DNA of 64,000 nt from a virus, in the IMG/VR virus record IMGVR_UViG_3300037107_000081, positions 1 through 64,000 of that record; one strand, written 5' to 3'. Under the pieces are notes generated by a model. The model did not search any database. It was not told the DNA's origin and was given only the letters and a program-made list of their open reading frames with translations. Numbering within the stretch: the stretch's first letter is position 1; the number at the start of each line of letters is the position of its first letter. Shown here piece after piece: positions 28,501 to 37,824 of this stretch. The position numbers and the translations under genes are program-made.

Positions 28501-28874
28501 AAGACTTCCTAAAGAACAGTGGTGGCGGAATTCGTGGATTGGTTAGTAGAATGGCTAATGCTAAGAATGGTCCAGTAGATATATCAAAAGTAAAAGCTAT
28601 GATTAAGAAGAGATGGCCTAATGCTGATGCTTCTGATGATATTATAGATCATTTGTATTCTATTGAGTTGGCTAATGCTAAAGATAAGGAAAAGAAAGAT
28701 TCTGAAATTGATAGGTGGATGGCTGAGCAGGGTTTCTTCCCGCCCAATCAACCGGCTACAATTGGTGGTAGGTCATTCGCTAAAATCCTAAGTGGAAATG
28801 GGTTTTTCAATCCTCTTGGAGCTGATCCGATTAATGCTCGCAAAAAGGAAGACATTAAACATGGGCGAGCGTAA
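25518..28874 (+). CDS. large putative internal head protein (1118 aa)
   Basis: Helical-hairpin tag, several KxA motifs, A9 run at 26270, acidic/Pro-rich linkers. Confidence 0.7.
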   Translation: MPVSMDLRLLAKKLEKSSDDVLVNASLKSPKEFERVSMAVAAASTLLEEVANDMDNQASFSITEQQLDELAALASSFDESNDPLLRKQASVIDELLLSIAAPKNAIAAANKATADEIKRLREQHSKGRREEAYDAPREALHKMENAAGQAKAVEQQVKRFVPMEAPLQTRYPPDRPGGQMTRITDHVYQDIVTGIIYDYKAGYKTQKGNEVPGGSVENQTRELGDSRNQGTSMFESRQSLMGRYAEDNSDLKKNSAIDKIAIALKSIRDFAPKLLNAAIDNARDDGLSTSQIADILASDISSKRGLEAIAQYEGDDEYQVNPLADELDDISEEERDYQGARRLFKAISDSGWKNSPALIAHHIAALSEHGASPLTIDLLQREFLFGESLDEPNDDGPITVRPHAEIESAPTVFSPLSASSKQSLMALALSAIQELAPHLLKSAVAKSKELLTDQQIKSVLSSNFVNKFDKQADEIKIAESLFPHLKDLGWNDLIEQHTKVMSALGISQDKIQKLSGKKTNRINVLSNILKSAGVREIEFTDELPDLELDKEPEFVNVLDPNAEEEEVPTELPRDTIPSPPPANKPTLPPWNPKVKEHVLTERDKERQVKPFTEKHNDILKGVVSSLSLPWGEYISKHPETKLSSEKVRQLETEIGNLVQAAKTGRGNDTPGFEKIFGSFKFKGETMPVAVDKLPKDVKDAMKDMFMAKETTESVAKYLMKLIRAGADFEIIPLKELQKARVAMLGPQNKRQAEELRQKVFGGILRKATNYILAGKNLPAMFDSQEGDNEITALKFTKMLEDIVGEVTTTRRKKGLVAELPEDKISLFSDPQEYIQMFREAQEKFPTISQKSMADKLHNAEMRKQQSQYMEEKGYISPDEKLIGGASARFMLPWQLEGDYGGEWTEDFQGMKNLFENPKEYEHKYIEAKHKFPYKRQEVPKEVYQIRAAEPENVANIPREIKDKIFNLMNSGITNDELIETMKQDNVSPETVTKYKDFLKNSGGGIRGLVSRMANAKNGPVDISKVKAMIKKRWPNADASDDIIDHLYSIELANAKDKEKKDSEIDRWMAEQGFFPPNQPATIGGRSFAKILSGNGFFNPLGADPINARKKEDIKHGRA
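27059..27089 (+). repeat. bipartite dispersed motif, copy 9 (intragenic)
   Basis: ctctggtaaaaaaactaatagaattaatgta; offset 25. Confidence 0.6.
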
Positions 28875-28882
28875 GGAATGAA

Positions 28883-29680
28883 ATGCCAGCTGATTTTACA
28901 AAGATTATTGATCATCCCGAGAAGCAAAATATAATCTCGAAGCTTGTTAGCGGTGAGAATTCTAAAGTTGTATCTAATTACCTAAAAGATAAATATTCAA
29001 AAGCCGATGAAGCACACCTAAGAATTCCGGCAACAACTCTACAGGAATTTTTGGATACGTATGCCGATCATCATGGGTTTGTAAAAAAGATAATTCAGAG
29101 GGATGCTGATAGTAAAATAGATAGGAAGATTGCAGAATCACTAATGGATACGCGTGCTTGGAGGGAGCGTGTTCAAGATGGTGTTGATAAGCAATTAAAT
29201 TATATAGAGAAGCTTGATCATTTAACAACTATTATGGAGGCTCGCGCTGAACAATTATTTGATTTGATTCAGAGTGATCCGGAAAATAGTAAAGTTGACT
29301 ATATTTTTACTAAGTACGCAGAAATATTAATGCAGATAATTGAAAAGGCTGACAAAATTCGTAATGATAAACCAGATGTGCGTGTTGAGCATACCTATAC
29401 TTTACAGATGGTAGAACAGCAATCATTTGCATTTCAGGAAACAATTCGTGAGTTTCTTCCGCGTCTTGGTCCAGATCAGGTTTCTATATTTTTTGATTTG
29501 TTAAATGAGAATCTATCCAAGATGAAGCCTAAAGAAATAGGGCCAGCTCCAGTTACAACAAGAGATATTGAAAAAGAAAGACAATCACTGGATAAGTTGG
29601 ATGCTAATGTTCAGGAATTTGATCAGAAATTTTTAGAAGAATATAAAGATGAAGAGGAGGATGAAGATGAGTCTGAATAA
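28883..29680 (+). CDS. hypothetical helical protein, candidate terminase small subunit
   Basis: HTH-like N-terminus (KIIDHPEKQNIISKLVSGENSKVVSNYL) followed by coiled coil; function is a weak inference. Confidence 0.35.
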   Translation: MPADFTKIIDHPEKQNIISKLVSGENSKVVSNYLKDKYSKADEAHLRIPATTLQEFLDTYADHHGFVKKIIQRDADSKIDRKIAESLMDTRAWRERVQDGVDKQLNYIEKLDHLTTIMEARAEQLFDLIQSDPENSKVDYIFTKYAEILMQIIEKADKIRNDKPDVRVEHTYTLQMVEQQSFAFQETIREFLPRLGPDQVSIFFDLLNENLSKMKPKEIGPAPVTTRDIEKERQSLDKLDANVQEFDQKFLEEYKDEEEDEDESE

Positions 29681-31610
29681 ACATTTTCAAAATCAGCTAG
29701 ATTCTTCTAATTGTGAATTTTTACCAGAGGATATAAAAAATAATGTACTCTCTGATTTTCACACAATGTCACAGCTTGATATAGATAACAATGCTGATCA
29801 GAACCAATTCTTTATGGTGAGAAATCATGTGCAAGAGATTGTTAATTTAGTATTCAATAGAAAATTAAATGACAACACATCTAGGGCAATTGCTGCGGAA
29901 GTTTTCAGGAATAGGGAAAATGCACCTATTGGAACGCTTTTGGAGTTAATACAAGCCACTGAACTCGCATTAAAGAAGATGATACCTGATTACATTAGAC
30001 CCAAGATTGCCTATCCTCAACCAATGGCAATTGAGGAGCGTCCTGAATATGATATTGGTCGTTGGGTAATGGCTACACGAGAGATATATAATTTGATGAA
30101 TAAAGGATATTCTCAAGATCAGGCTGAAAAAAATATAACTGGCAATTGGGAAGTAAGGGAAAAAATGGATTATGAACAATGGTTAAAATTCTATAAGGAC
30201 AAAACTCCGGAGAAATATCCCAAACTCGCAGCAGAAGATCATGGCGAAAATTTATTCTTGGCCAATCTTCCTCTTGGTGTTGGGGCTTTGCGTGCTCGTA
30301 CCAATAACAGCGGAAAGTTCCCTAATCCTATCTCAAGCGATCAATATAATTCAAAGGTGTCTCCTGGGTTGACGCAGAATTTACCAGAATCAGATGTAGC
30401 TTCTGCTCGTGATAAAATTGAAGGCCAGCGCAAGAAGCTTATTAGTCGTTTGAATTCTGCTGAAAAAATGTTGGCTTCGCTTGATGGTCAATTATTTGCT
30501 GGAGATGATCAAGAATTAATGTTGAAACTTCTTCAGGATTTGAAACGAAGAATTCAAATAGCCAATAAACTTACGGCAAAATCATCATTGTTTGAAGATT
30601 ATATTTATCGTACAGCAAATTTCTTGAAGGTTAAAGGTAAGGATGATGCTGCTAATTTCTTTTATAAGATAGCACAATTTGGTGAAGGGCCTGCTGATGG
30701 AGGGCTTGATCTTGGTGAGTCTGAGGTTCCTGGAGAAGAAGCTGCACCACAAGCAGTATCAGACGATGGTAATAAACAAGAGACTTATGAATGTTTGAAG
30801 GAGTTTTTCGCCAACTTGAAAGAGGGAATTGATGATGAAAATTCTCCTGAAGAAAAAAAGCCTGAGGAGTTAAAGCCAAATCCAACTGCTTTAAATATTC
30901 CACCACCAGCTGTTCCTGCACCTCCTGCCAAAGCCACAGCATCAATTGAAGATAATATCAAGCTTGGTATGGGTTACTGGCACAAGAATGCACAGATGGC
31001 TCCAGCAGCACCAGCGCCAAAACAATTACGCACAGCACCACCCAAGCGTCCTAATAATGAACTTGAGGCTGTAGAGGGTGTTGTGCCGGAAGATAATACC
31101 GAAGATGTAATTGATGCGGCTCTCAAGAATGTTTCAATTAATGATGTTATTAGCCGATTGGAAATGCTTGTTTCAATTTATAATAAGAGAGAAATTGCTC
31201 GTCAGTTAGCCATTCTTGATATTATGATGGATCGCATTGGTTTATCTTCATTCTTCCCAGCTTTAGGTGAGGCAATGAGTAAGGCTCTTGAATCTAATCA
31301 GTACATTGGAAGTCGTCTTGAAGGTGTGTTGACTAAGCTAAAAGGATCTCTTGAGGTTGCTGGTGCCTCTGAATGGATGGAAGTAAAGCAACAGAACAAT
31401 CCAGAGACAGCAAATATTAGGCGCAATCTTCAAGAAAAAGAAGATGAAGAGAAAAGGCGCAAGGAAATGAGGAAGCAACAAGATATAGCAAAGATGGAGG
31501 GTGGTGCAGCGGGTCCTGATGTGGGTCCGGCAGCAGTTCCAGTTGGAGAATCGGTTGATTTGCAGAGACCAGCTAAAGTCGAAAGGGCACCAAGAATAGA
31601 TGTGCGCTAA
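29667..31610 (+). CDS. putative internal head protein
   Basis: GGAGGA before ATG 29667; PKIA, YPKLA, FYKIAQ, WHKNAQ motifs and the hairpin tag. Confidence 0.7.
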   Translation: MSLNKHFQNQLDSSNCEFLPEDIKNNVLSDFHTMSQLDIDNNADQNQFFMVRNHVQEIVNLVFNRKLNDNTSRAIAAEVFRNRENAPIGTLLELIQATELALKKMIPDYIRPKIAYPQPMAIEERPEYDIGRWVMATREIYNLMNKGYSQDQAEKNITGNWEVREKMDYEQWLKFYKDKTPEKYPKLAAEDHGENLFLANLPLGVGALRARTNNSGKFPNPISSDQYNSKVSPGLTQNLPESDVASARDKIEGQRKKLISRLNSAEKMLASLDGQLFAGDDQELMLKLLQDLKRRIQIANKLTAKSSLFEDYIYRTANFLKVKGKDDAANFFYKIAQFGEGPADGGLDLGESEVPGEEAAPQAVSDDGNKQETYECLKEFFANLKEGIDDENSPEEKKPEELKPNPTALNIPPPAVPAPPAKATASIEDNIKLGMGYWHKNAQMAPAAPAPKQLRTAPPKRPNNELEAVEGVVPEDNTEDVIDAALKNVSINDVISRLEMLVSIYNKREIARQLAILDIMMDRIGLSSFFPALGEAMSKALESNQYIGSRLEGVLTKLKGSLEVAGASEWMEVKQQNNPETANIRRNLQEKEDEEKRRKEMRKQQDIAKMEGGAAGPDVGPAAVPVGESVDLQRPAKVERAPRIDVR

Positions 31611-31619
31611 GAGGATAAA

Positions 31620-32360
31620 ATGGCTGGACTTAGGGATACTCTACTGGAAATAAAACGCCTAGCAAAAGATAATGGTTTGTCTGAGCCATATATCGTAGGC
31701 GGTCTTCCACGTGATAAAATCCTTAATCGTTCTCGTAAAATAGAAGATGTAGACTTAACTTCTGGTGATGAGTCTATTCATAAATTGGCAGAAATTACAG
31801 CTAATAATTTCAAAGTTGTACCAATGAGATTTCCAGATGGTCATTATCAAGTTTATATTGATGGCGTTAAGTATGATTTCTCTTCAAACTATAACTCACC
31901 AGATGCTAAATATTTTTTGGAAAAGGTTGGTATTAAAAACCCTACCAATATGCAATTAGAATTATTTAGTCGTGATTTTACTTGCAATACACTTATTTTA
32001 TCATTGGCACTAAGAAAGATTATAGATCCAATTGGTTTGGCATTGGATGATATTAGGAAAAAGATTATCAAGACTCCGCTTCCGCCAAGAATAACTTTGA
32101 GGGATGATACCAAGCGAGTGATTCGTGCAATTTATTTGGCAGCTAAGCTTGGATTTTCTGTAGAAGAAGATATTATTGTATGGGCTCAGAATCATCATGA
32201 GAAAATTAATTCTGAGGTATCTGTGGGATTTGCAAAGAGAAAACTTGCTGATGCTACTCGTGCTGATATAAAAAAGACTACTGAATTACTTAATGCTATG
32301 GGTCTTTGGAATGTGGTGGGGATTCCTAGGATATTAATAGAGCAAAGGAGTGTGTTGTGA
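31620..32360 (+). CDS. class II nucleotidyltransferase (CCA-adding enzyme/poly(A) polymerase family)
   Basis: YIVGGLPRDKIL, DVD, SRDFTCNTL, IIDP.G...D, DDTKRVIRAI. Confidence 0.88.
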   Translation: MAGLRDTLLEIKRLAKDNGLSEPYIVGGLPRDKILNRSRKIEDVDLTSGDESIHKLAEITANNFKVVPMRFPDGHYQVYIDGVKYDFSSNYNSPDAKYFLEKVGIKNPTNMQLELFSRDFTCNTLILSLALRKIIDPIGLALDDIRKKIIKTPLPPRITLRDDTKRVIRAIYLAAKLGFSVEEDIIVWAQNHHEKINSEVSVGFAKRKLADATRADIKKTTELLNAMGLWNVVGIPRILIEQRSVL

Positions 32361-32851
32361 AATTGCGTCTAAAAATAGCTGAGGTTCGCAAAAATAATGA
32401 AGATCCTTGTCCATTTGGGTTGCCGATTCCTTTTGGATGTAAATATGCGGGTAAGAATGTAGAAAATATGGCTCCTTTTAATGTAATGGGTAAAGAAGCA
32501 AGCGAAGATGAAAAGGAAATGTTGGCCGCTGCTAATACTAAATTGTTGGCTTGGAATTTGTTGAGAAGTTCTGAGAAGCCTGAGCAGTGTCCTTATGTTG
32601 GTCATATATTAGAACACAATGATGCAGTTGAGTGTAATCATGACGATACAGCACCAGGACAGGGACCAGCTCAAGCATTAACGGCCGCTCCTTTTTATTC
32701 TAAGATGTTTAATGGAGTAATTACAGGATTGAGTACTTACCCCAGCGGATACCTTGCGGATTACAATGTTAGCAGAAATATGTACTTTGGAAGTTATTCT
32801 TTAAGTGGGAATTTTATAGGTTTTTCTTATACTAAACTAGGCAATGTATAG
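32357..32851 (+). CDS. hypothetical Cys-containing protein
   Basis: GTGA overlap, AGGAG RBS; CPFGLPIPFGC. Confidence 0.65.
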   Translation: MKLRLKIAEVRKNNEDPCPFGLPIPFGCKYAGKNVENMAPFNVMGKEASEDEKEMLAAANTKLLAWNLLRSSEKPEQCPYVGHILEHNDAVECNHDDTAPGQGPAQALTAAPFYSKMFNGVITGLSTYPSGYLADYNVSRNMYFGSYSLSGNFIGFSYTKLGNV

Positions 32852-33095
32852 GTTTTACTTTAACATAATCATATCTAATTGATTGATCTGTGTTTGATAT
32901 TTTATACATTTTACCAGTATGTGAAGTAGGATCTTTGGTAACCTCAGAATGAATTAAGTATCCAAATTTTTCAGCGTATTTGTATGCCGCCTGCAGAGAG
33001 TTGATTGCCTTAACATTAAATTCATTATACCACTCTGCTTTTTGTGGGTCAGTGTTTTTTGGATCGAAACTCGAAGATATTGAATACATTTTCAT
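32832..33095 (-). CDS. hypothetical protein
   Basis: AGGAG RBS on the minus strand. Confidence 0.6.
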   Translation of the reverse strand: MKMYSISSSFDPKNTDPQKAEWYNEFNVKAINSLQAAYKYAEKFGYLIHSEVTKDPTSHTGKMYKISNTDQSIRYDYVKVKPIHCLV

Positions 33096-33144
33096 AATTG
33101 CTCCTAAAAATAGGTAGTTGTTAAGTTTGTGTTATATAAGTAAT

Positions 33145-33405
33145 ATGAAGAATTGTTTTAAGGTAGATTTTTATTCACGCGATATTGATCATGGATGGGA
33201 TTATCAAATTGAAGGTGAGGATCTGAAAAATATAAATGATTTGCGTTCAGAAATTAAAAACCTTATATCACGTGCTTATTATGATGATATTGAAGAGCGA
33301 TTATATTATTTACGAATGATTGAGTGGAATATTATAAACATGCATCTTTGGAGTGGTTTTGCTGGAGAATCACAAGCGCCCGAAAGTCCCCTTCTTCTTT
33401 TTTGA
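33145..33405 (+). CDS. hypothetical protein
   Basis: Divergent from 33095; TGTTATATA box shortly upstream of ATG 33145. Confidence 0.5.
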   Translation: MKNCFKVDFYSRDIDHGWDYQIEGEDLKNINDLRSEIKNLISRAYYDDIEERLYYLRMIEWNIINMHLWSGFAGESQAPESPLLLF

Positions 33406-33440
33406 TTTATTGTATCCATCTAAAATAATACTTTCCATAA

Positions 33441-33510
33441 ATCACCACCTATATCAACCAAATTTCTATATATCACCACCTATATCAACCAAATTTCTAT
33501 ATATCAACCA
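33441..33510. repeat. 31-bp perfect tandem duplication plus partial copy
   Basis: atcaccacctatatcaaccaaatttctatat at 33441-33471 and 33472-33502, then atcaacca. Confidence 0.9.
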
Positions 33511-33524
33511 AGTCAACTAATTTC

Positions 33525-33557
33525 TTCTGGTAAAAAATAATAAATGACCAAAATGTA
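33525..33557 (+). repeat. bipartite dispersed motif, copy 10
   Basis: ttctggtaaaaaataataaatgaccaaaatgta; offset 27; the taaatgaccaaaatgta tail is identical to copy 8. Confidence 0.85.
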
Positions 33558-33625
33558 TAATAAGCAACTGATATATATCCTAGTGTGCCGGCCTCTCAAA
33601 ACAGCAACCGGTACTAGGAGAAAAT

Positions 33626-34039
33626 ATGAAAAATAAAATAGAAACAGTTGATTTTTTAAAAGACATTATTGATTCCGCTAGTAAGCAAGATATTAAAACA
33701 ATGTATGAGTATTTAAACGATAAATTTGAATCAGTACAAAAATTAAAAATGATTGTTGAATTAAATGATGAAAAAATCAACCTATATAAAGAACAAGAAG
33801 CTTTACCTACTACACAGGATATTATTAAGCAATTGATTTGTTGTTTGCAATTTCAAATCAGAGTTCAAGAGTTGTGTTCACTTTACCCTCTAGACTCAAC
33901 TAATAATAATTATTCTCAGTATGTTTCTAAAGCAAGAGAAACTGCGGGATATATAGGAACAGCAATATCAGCACTTTCTCGTATTAATTTAGATTTAGGG
34001 TTCAACGAGGATTCTACACCATTAATTTTCAAACAATAA
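33626..34039 (+). CDS. hypothetical protein
   Basis: AGGAG RBS. Confidence 0.65.
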   Translation: MKNKIETVDFLKDIIDSASKQDIKTMYEYLNDKFESVQKLKMIVELNDEKINLYKEQEALPTTQDIIKQLICCLQFQIRVQELCSLYPLDSTNNNYSQYVSKARETAGYIGTAISALSRINLDLGFNEDSTPLIFKQ

Positions 34040-34040
34040 T

Positions 34041-34075
34041 AAAGCCTCATGAATTATTGTGGGGCTTTTCTATTT
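34041..34075 (+). terminator. intrinsic terminator
   Basis: aaagcctcat...gtggggcttttctattt hairpin directly after the stop. Confidence 0.65.
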
Positions 34076-34129
34076 AAACCCGTAATAACCCAATATACCA
34101 ATAATCCAGAATAATACAGAGGTTCTAAA

Positions 34130-34960
34130 ATGGTAGAAAAACGCGCACAACAATTGGGAGAGTTCATTGCTCCATTAATGGGCAGTGGGGATTTTCCGCC
34201 TCTTGAAGTTGAAGACACCATAGAGGTTTCAGAAGATCCAGATAAGGATATTTTCTTCATTGATAAGGTTCCTGGTGCTCCCGATGCCCAAGAAATTATG
34301 GTCAAGGAAGATGATGGGGATAAGGACATTGAAGTAGAAGCCGATCCACAAGATAACGATCCGTGGCATTGGACCCATTCAACATTTATTCCTTGGGTAT
34401 CTAAAATGATTGATAACTGTCCAAAGCATTCAGGATATGATGTTTCTGGTCTTGAAAAGTGTATTGGTTATTTTGGAGCCATACTAAGAGAATTTCCAAA
34501 AGCATTGCGTACAGACTTTAAGAACGAGATCGATATTGATAAAGCAGAAAAAGCTCGTGAACAAATCATAAAAGCAATAGAACGTTTAGAAGATCGTCTT
34601 GAGCGTGTTAGTGCTGATAAATATGGTAAGAAAAAGAAGAGTTGGGCTGTCGAAGCTGGTCTAATCAAGGAAGCTGGAACAACAAATATTACAGGTATTA
34701 CAATTACTGTTCCATTGTTAATTTCTACAATTGCTCGTGTGTGTATCAATGGTATGGTTTCGGCCGGTCATGATATGGAAGATATGTTTAAGCGTCAGGC
34801 AGAGGAATATTCGCTTGATAAAAGAGAACAGGCTGAATTATCGCAATTGCTAAGCGATATGGGTTATAGCATGATTCGTGATCGTGGATATCCTGCTGGC
34901 ACTTCTGTTAAAACTTGGAAGAATGATAATTTTGATTTCAGTGCACAATATAATGATTAA
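34130..34960 (+). CDS. putative head protein
   Basis: GAGG RBS; starts MVEKRAQ; LIKEAG. Confidence 0.7.
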   Translation: MVEKRAQQLGEFIAPLMGSGDFPPLEVEDTIEVSEDPDKDIFFIDKVPGAPDAQEIMVKEDDGDKDIEVEADPQDNDPWHWTHSTFIPWVSKMIDNCPKHSGYDVSGLEKCIGYFGAILREFPKALRTDFKNEIDIDKAEKAREQIIKAIERLEDRLERVSADKYGKKKKSWAVEAGLIKEAGTTNITGITITVPLLISTIARVCINGMVSAGHDMEDMFKRQAEEYSLDKREQAELSQLLSDMGYSMIRDRGYPAGTSVKTWKNDNFDFSAQYND

Positions 34961-34969
34961 AGAGATTAT

Positions 34970-35860
34970 ATGAGAAACAATCCTGCTTTTTATAGAACTG
35001 ACGAAATAAGTCGCGAACCAACCAAATGTCCTGATTGGCTAGATCTTCTTGCTACTAAATTTGCTATTGATGAAGAAAGAAAAGGAGAGGTAGCAAAGAC
35101 AGCCGTTGAAGTTGCTCGTGAACGTCAGCAACACCAGCCATCGATATACGAGATGATGAGCGCAATTGTTAGCAACCAGAAGCCAAAATATAGTTCGGTT
35201 GAGGAAGCAGTTAAAGATTATCAGCGTCAGACCGGTTTAGAAGCATATTTAAAGCGTGAGGCTGGCTTTAATCTTGGTGAGCTTGCTAGTCAAATCATTG
35301 CTGCTGCTGAATATGAATTGAGTGGTGAAGATGAGTCTGATGCTAGGGGTGTGTGCCATAAGTGTGGTTGTACTCATGCCGAATGCGAATGCGATAAGGA
35401 TGATGCTGAAGATGGTGGTTTCTTTAGAAGGAATCTTGATTATGGGTGTGCTTCTGACAGCGATGACTCAAGGGATGCTACGGAAGAGGAATTAGAGGCA
35501 TTTCCTGATAAAAAAAAAACACTGATTGCGCAGGGTGAGAAGCCAGAAATATTGGAAAATAATCCAGCAATTGAGCATTTTATAATTAACATGATCGAAA
35601 CAAATCATGGTATTCAAATTCCGGCGCTGCTTCATTCTTTGATGGAGACATTCAATCGTGATGGTGTTAATCAGGATATTTTTTCTGATAGATCGTTGCT
35701 AGATTGGATTAATAATATTTTGATTGAAAAGGGTGTTAAGGGTGAGTCTACTCCTTCGCATCTTGGACGTGGTGTTGGTACCCATGTCGATTACTCAGGC
35801 GAAAAAGATTCTAATAGAGACCCATTTACACTATTAGAACCGGATAAAAGTTCGCTGTAA
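34970..35860 (+). CDS. putative head protein
   Basis: VAKTA motif; Cys-rich acidic linker; A10 run at 35510. Confidence 0.7.
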   Translation: MRNNPAFYRTDEISREPTKCPDWLDLLATKFAIDEERKGEVAKTAVEVARERQQHQPSIYEMMSAIVSNQKPKYSSVEEAVKDYQRQTGLEAYLKREAGFNLGELASQIIAAAEYELSGEDESDARGVCHKCGCTHAECECDKDDAEDGGFFRRNLDYGCASDSDDSRDATEEELEAFPDKKKTLIAQGEKPEILENNPAIEHFIINMIETNHGIQIPALLHSLMETFNRDGVNQDIFSDRSLLDWINNILIEKGVKGESTPSHLGRGVGTHVDYSGEKDSNRDPFTLLEPDKSSL

Positions 35861-35870
35861 TTAGGAAAGG

Positions 35871-37739
35871 ATGAAAGCTGCAGAGGTAGGTTTTTCGGGT
35901 TTATTTAATCAATTTCGTGACAATATACAACGCATTGATCCGGTATATTTTTGTTCAAGATATTTAGCTATAGATGGTAAGCCGTTACAATTAGAGGGAA
36001 CTGGATATAAACCATTCTCTGATATTTATAGATACATAGCTCTTAAAGCAATTGAGCCAAACGCAAAGCCAATTGTATTAGTAAAAGGACGGCAAGTAGG
36101 GGCAACGGTAATGGCTGCTGCTCTTGAATGTTATTTTAGTGCGTGTGGATCTTTTGGTGTAAATGAACGACCACCAGCACGTATGATGCATTTATTTCCT
36201 ACGTTATCACTAGCTGCAGCATATACAAAAGACAAGCTGGATCCAATGATTAGTAGTGCGTTGCCGGTTCCAGGACTTATGAAGAGTAATGGTCTTTTGA
36301 AATCTTATATGGAGGCTAGGTTAGACGCAAGCAGCCCGACTAACAATAACATGCATTTCAAAAAATTCATGTTTGGAAATCAGATTTGGATTGAATCTAC
36401 TGGTTTAGATGGCGACAGAATTCGTGGTCGTACGTGCGATATTAATTTTTTCGACGAGGTTCAGGATATGTCGGACACTGCAATTGGTGCAGCGACTAAA
36501 ATCTTAGCACAGTCACGCTATGGAGCACCAGGCGAAGGTGTTCAGGTTTACTACGGAACCCCTAAAACAAAAGGCGGCTCTTACTGGAATATGTGGCAAA
36601 ACTCATCGCAAAATTACTTTCATTTGCGTTGTGAAAAATGTGGCAAGTATTTTCCATTGTATCATCCCAGCATAAATTGGGAAGAAGTGTGGGTTTATGG
36701 TTTAACTGTTAAGTGCACAGAATGCAGTCATGAACAAGATAAACTTGAAGCTCAGGAACGTGGTAAATGGATCCCGCTTAATGAGCCAGATAAATGCGAT
36801 TTTGTTGGTTATCACATAAATCAATTATACATTCCACATTTCACCAGAGAGACAATAGAAAAAGCCAAGCCGGAACGAAGCCCAATTAATACTGAGCGCG
36901 TTTATATGAATGAAGTTCTTGGTGAGTTTTATGATGGAGAAGGTGGAACAATTACCGCTCAAGAGATTCGGGATAAATGTATTGATAAAGGTCGTAAAAT
37001 GCCCAAGTTTATTTATCCAGAACAGAATAAGAGAGTTTATGCAGGATTCGACTGGGGACAAAGAGGAGCGCTTGAACAAATAGCCGGAAGAGGAAGAAAA
37101 GGCTCTTATAGTTGTGCGGTTATACTTACGGTTTCTGATAATTTATTTAATGTGGAATTTGCTACTAGATTACTCAGACCAGATCCAGAAACTAAAATGG
37201 GTACTGTTGAGGAGATGTTTAGGCGCTACAATATGGCATTATCTGTTGGTGATATTGGTGATGCTTATGATTTAACTCATAAATTGCAAAGGGTTTATGA
37301 CGAGAAGTTTTTGGCATCGCGTTCTTCTCATAAAGTTAATGGCCATATAAAATATTCCAATGATGAATGGCCAAAAACAATTGTATTCGAGAAGGATTAT
37401 TATATTTCAGAGGTATTGGGATTGCTTAAAGAGGGTAGAATTAAATTTCCTGGTGGTAGTTATGACCGTATTGAATGGATGATTGAGCATTGTGCAAGTA
37501 TGGATATTAAGGTTACCAGGGATAAATCAGGCGAACCATTAAAGAAATATGTAAAAGGATCTGGGGCAAACGACGGGTTAATGGCCTTGTTGAATGCTTA
37601 TTTGGCCTGGAAATTCGATGTAACTCAAGGTTTTACGATTGCTAATCCACAACACATGAAATATGACTTGGCCACAAAAGGTAGTCAGGTTCAGGCGGTT
37701 CTTGGCTTTGTTCCTAGAATGTTTGGAGGCCGCGGATAG
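35871..37739 (+). CDS. terminase large subunit (lambda GpA-like)
   Basis: Walker A VKGRQVGAT, Walker B FFDEVQ, GTP motif, CEKC...CTEC zinc site, VGYHINQL, nuclease AGFDWG and NDGLMA. Confidence 0.92.
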   Translation: MKAAEVGFSGLFNQFRDNIQRIDPVYFCSRYLAIDGKPLQLEGTGYKPFSDIYRYIALKAIEPNAKPIVLVKGRQVGATVMAAALECYFSACGSFGVNERPPARMMHLFPTLSLAAAYTKDKLDPMISSALPVPGLMKSNGLLKSYMEARLDASSPTNNNMHFKKFMFGNQIWIESTGLDGDRIRGRTCDINFFDEVQDMSDTAIGAATKILAQSRYGAPGEGVQVYYGTPKTKGGSYWNMWQNSSQNYFHLRCEKCGKYFPLYHPSINWEEVWVYGLTVKCTECSHEQDKLEAQERGKWIPLNEPDKCDFVGYHINQLYIPHFTRETIEKAKPERSPINTERVYMNEVLGEFYDGEGGTITAQEIRDKCIDKGRKMPKFIYPEQNKRVYAGFDWGQRGALEQIAGRGRKGSYSCAVILTVSDNLFNVEFATRLLRPDPETKMGTVEEMFRRYNMALSVGDIGDAYDLTHKLQRVYDEKFLASRSSHKVNGHIKYSNDEWPKTIVFEKDYYISEVLGLLKEGRIKFPGGSYDRIEWMIEHCASMDIKVTRDKSGEPLKKYVKGSGANDGLMALLNAYLAWKFDVTQGFTIANPQHMKYDLATKGSQVQAVLGFVPRMFGGRG

Positions 37740-37761
37740 CTGATATATAAACAAATAGATT

Positions 37762-37794
37762 CTCTGGTAAAAATAATAAAAACCAAAGAGTGTA
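37762..37794 (+). repeat. bipartite dispersed motif, copy 11
   Basis: ctctggtaaaaataataaaaaccaaagagtgta; offset 27; lies between terminase and portal. Confidence 0.85.
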
Positions 37795-37824
37795 TAATAT
37801 TCTGCAATATAAATGTAGGTTTTA

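Noticed and set aside
33441-33510. 31-bp repeat as a mini CRISPR array
   Set aside because: The copies are directly adjacent with no spacers.
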